NCBI GenBank assembly: GCA_000934665.2
Contig: KZ538289.1
Span: 62,001-126,000, forward strand
Reading direction: 5' to 3'
Length of the DNA stretch: 64,000 nucleotides
From: Catajapyx aquilonaris
Taxonomy: Eukaryota
The position numbers were made by a program, and so were the translations under genes. Of this stretch, positions 63,783 through 64,000 are shown piece after piece (the first letter of the stretch is position 1; every line of letters begins with the position of its first letter). The notes under the pieces were generated by a model. The model was not told where the DNA came from. It saw nothing but the letters and a program-made list of their open reading frames with translations, and ran no database searches.

Positions 63783-64000
63783 TACTTCCATTTAGTGATT
63801 GAAGTTGGAAAAATAGTGTGTAACGTTTGGAAATTGCCAGTTACGTACACCGTAAGTTAGATTATACTTCACATCGCAACAATTTTATAGGCCTGTGATT
63901 AGCACCAAATTTCCTTCGACTAAAAGCATTTTGCCGCCTGTATGTAGCAAGAGTCATACTGTTTGTTGGTTAAATAAGTGACCCGCCAAAAATGGCTTAC

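Overview
Eukaryotic genomic DNA, most likely from an arthropod-type invertebrate. The main feature is a complete five-exon RUNX (Runt-domain) gene on the minus strand (CDS 43304->17085, 561 aa). It starts MHL, has an intact Runt domain split by the usual SGR|GKS phase-1 intron, and ends in the Groucho-binding VWRPY. Its long 3' UTR carries Pumilio elements and conserved miRNA seed matches. Upstream on the same strand is a small Ly6/uPAR (quiver/sleepless-like) GPI-anchored gene that appears frameshifted. A probable divergent promoter and non-coding first exon lies near 62.4-62.9 kb. Introns and intergenic DNA are dense with MITEs (TA-flanked Tc1/pogo-like, hAT-like with 8-bp TSDs, several nested), two copies of a tRNA-derived SINE, and mini/microsatellites. 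The most unusual observation is a ~0.5-kb 17-bp tandem array bounded TGT...ACA and followed immediately by a 17-nt tRNA-Lys primer-binding site, i.e. an LTR-like unit made almost wholly of satellite. All calls come from reading the sequence by eye; no searches were run.
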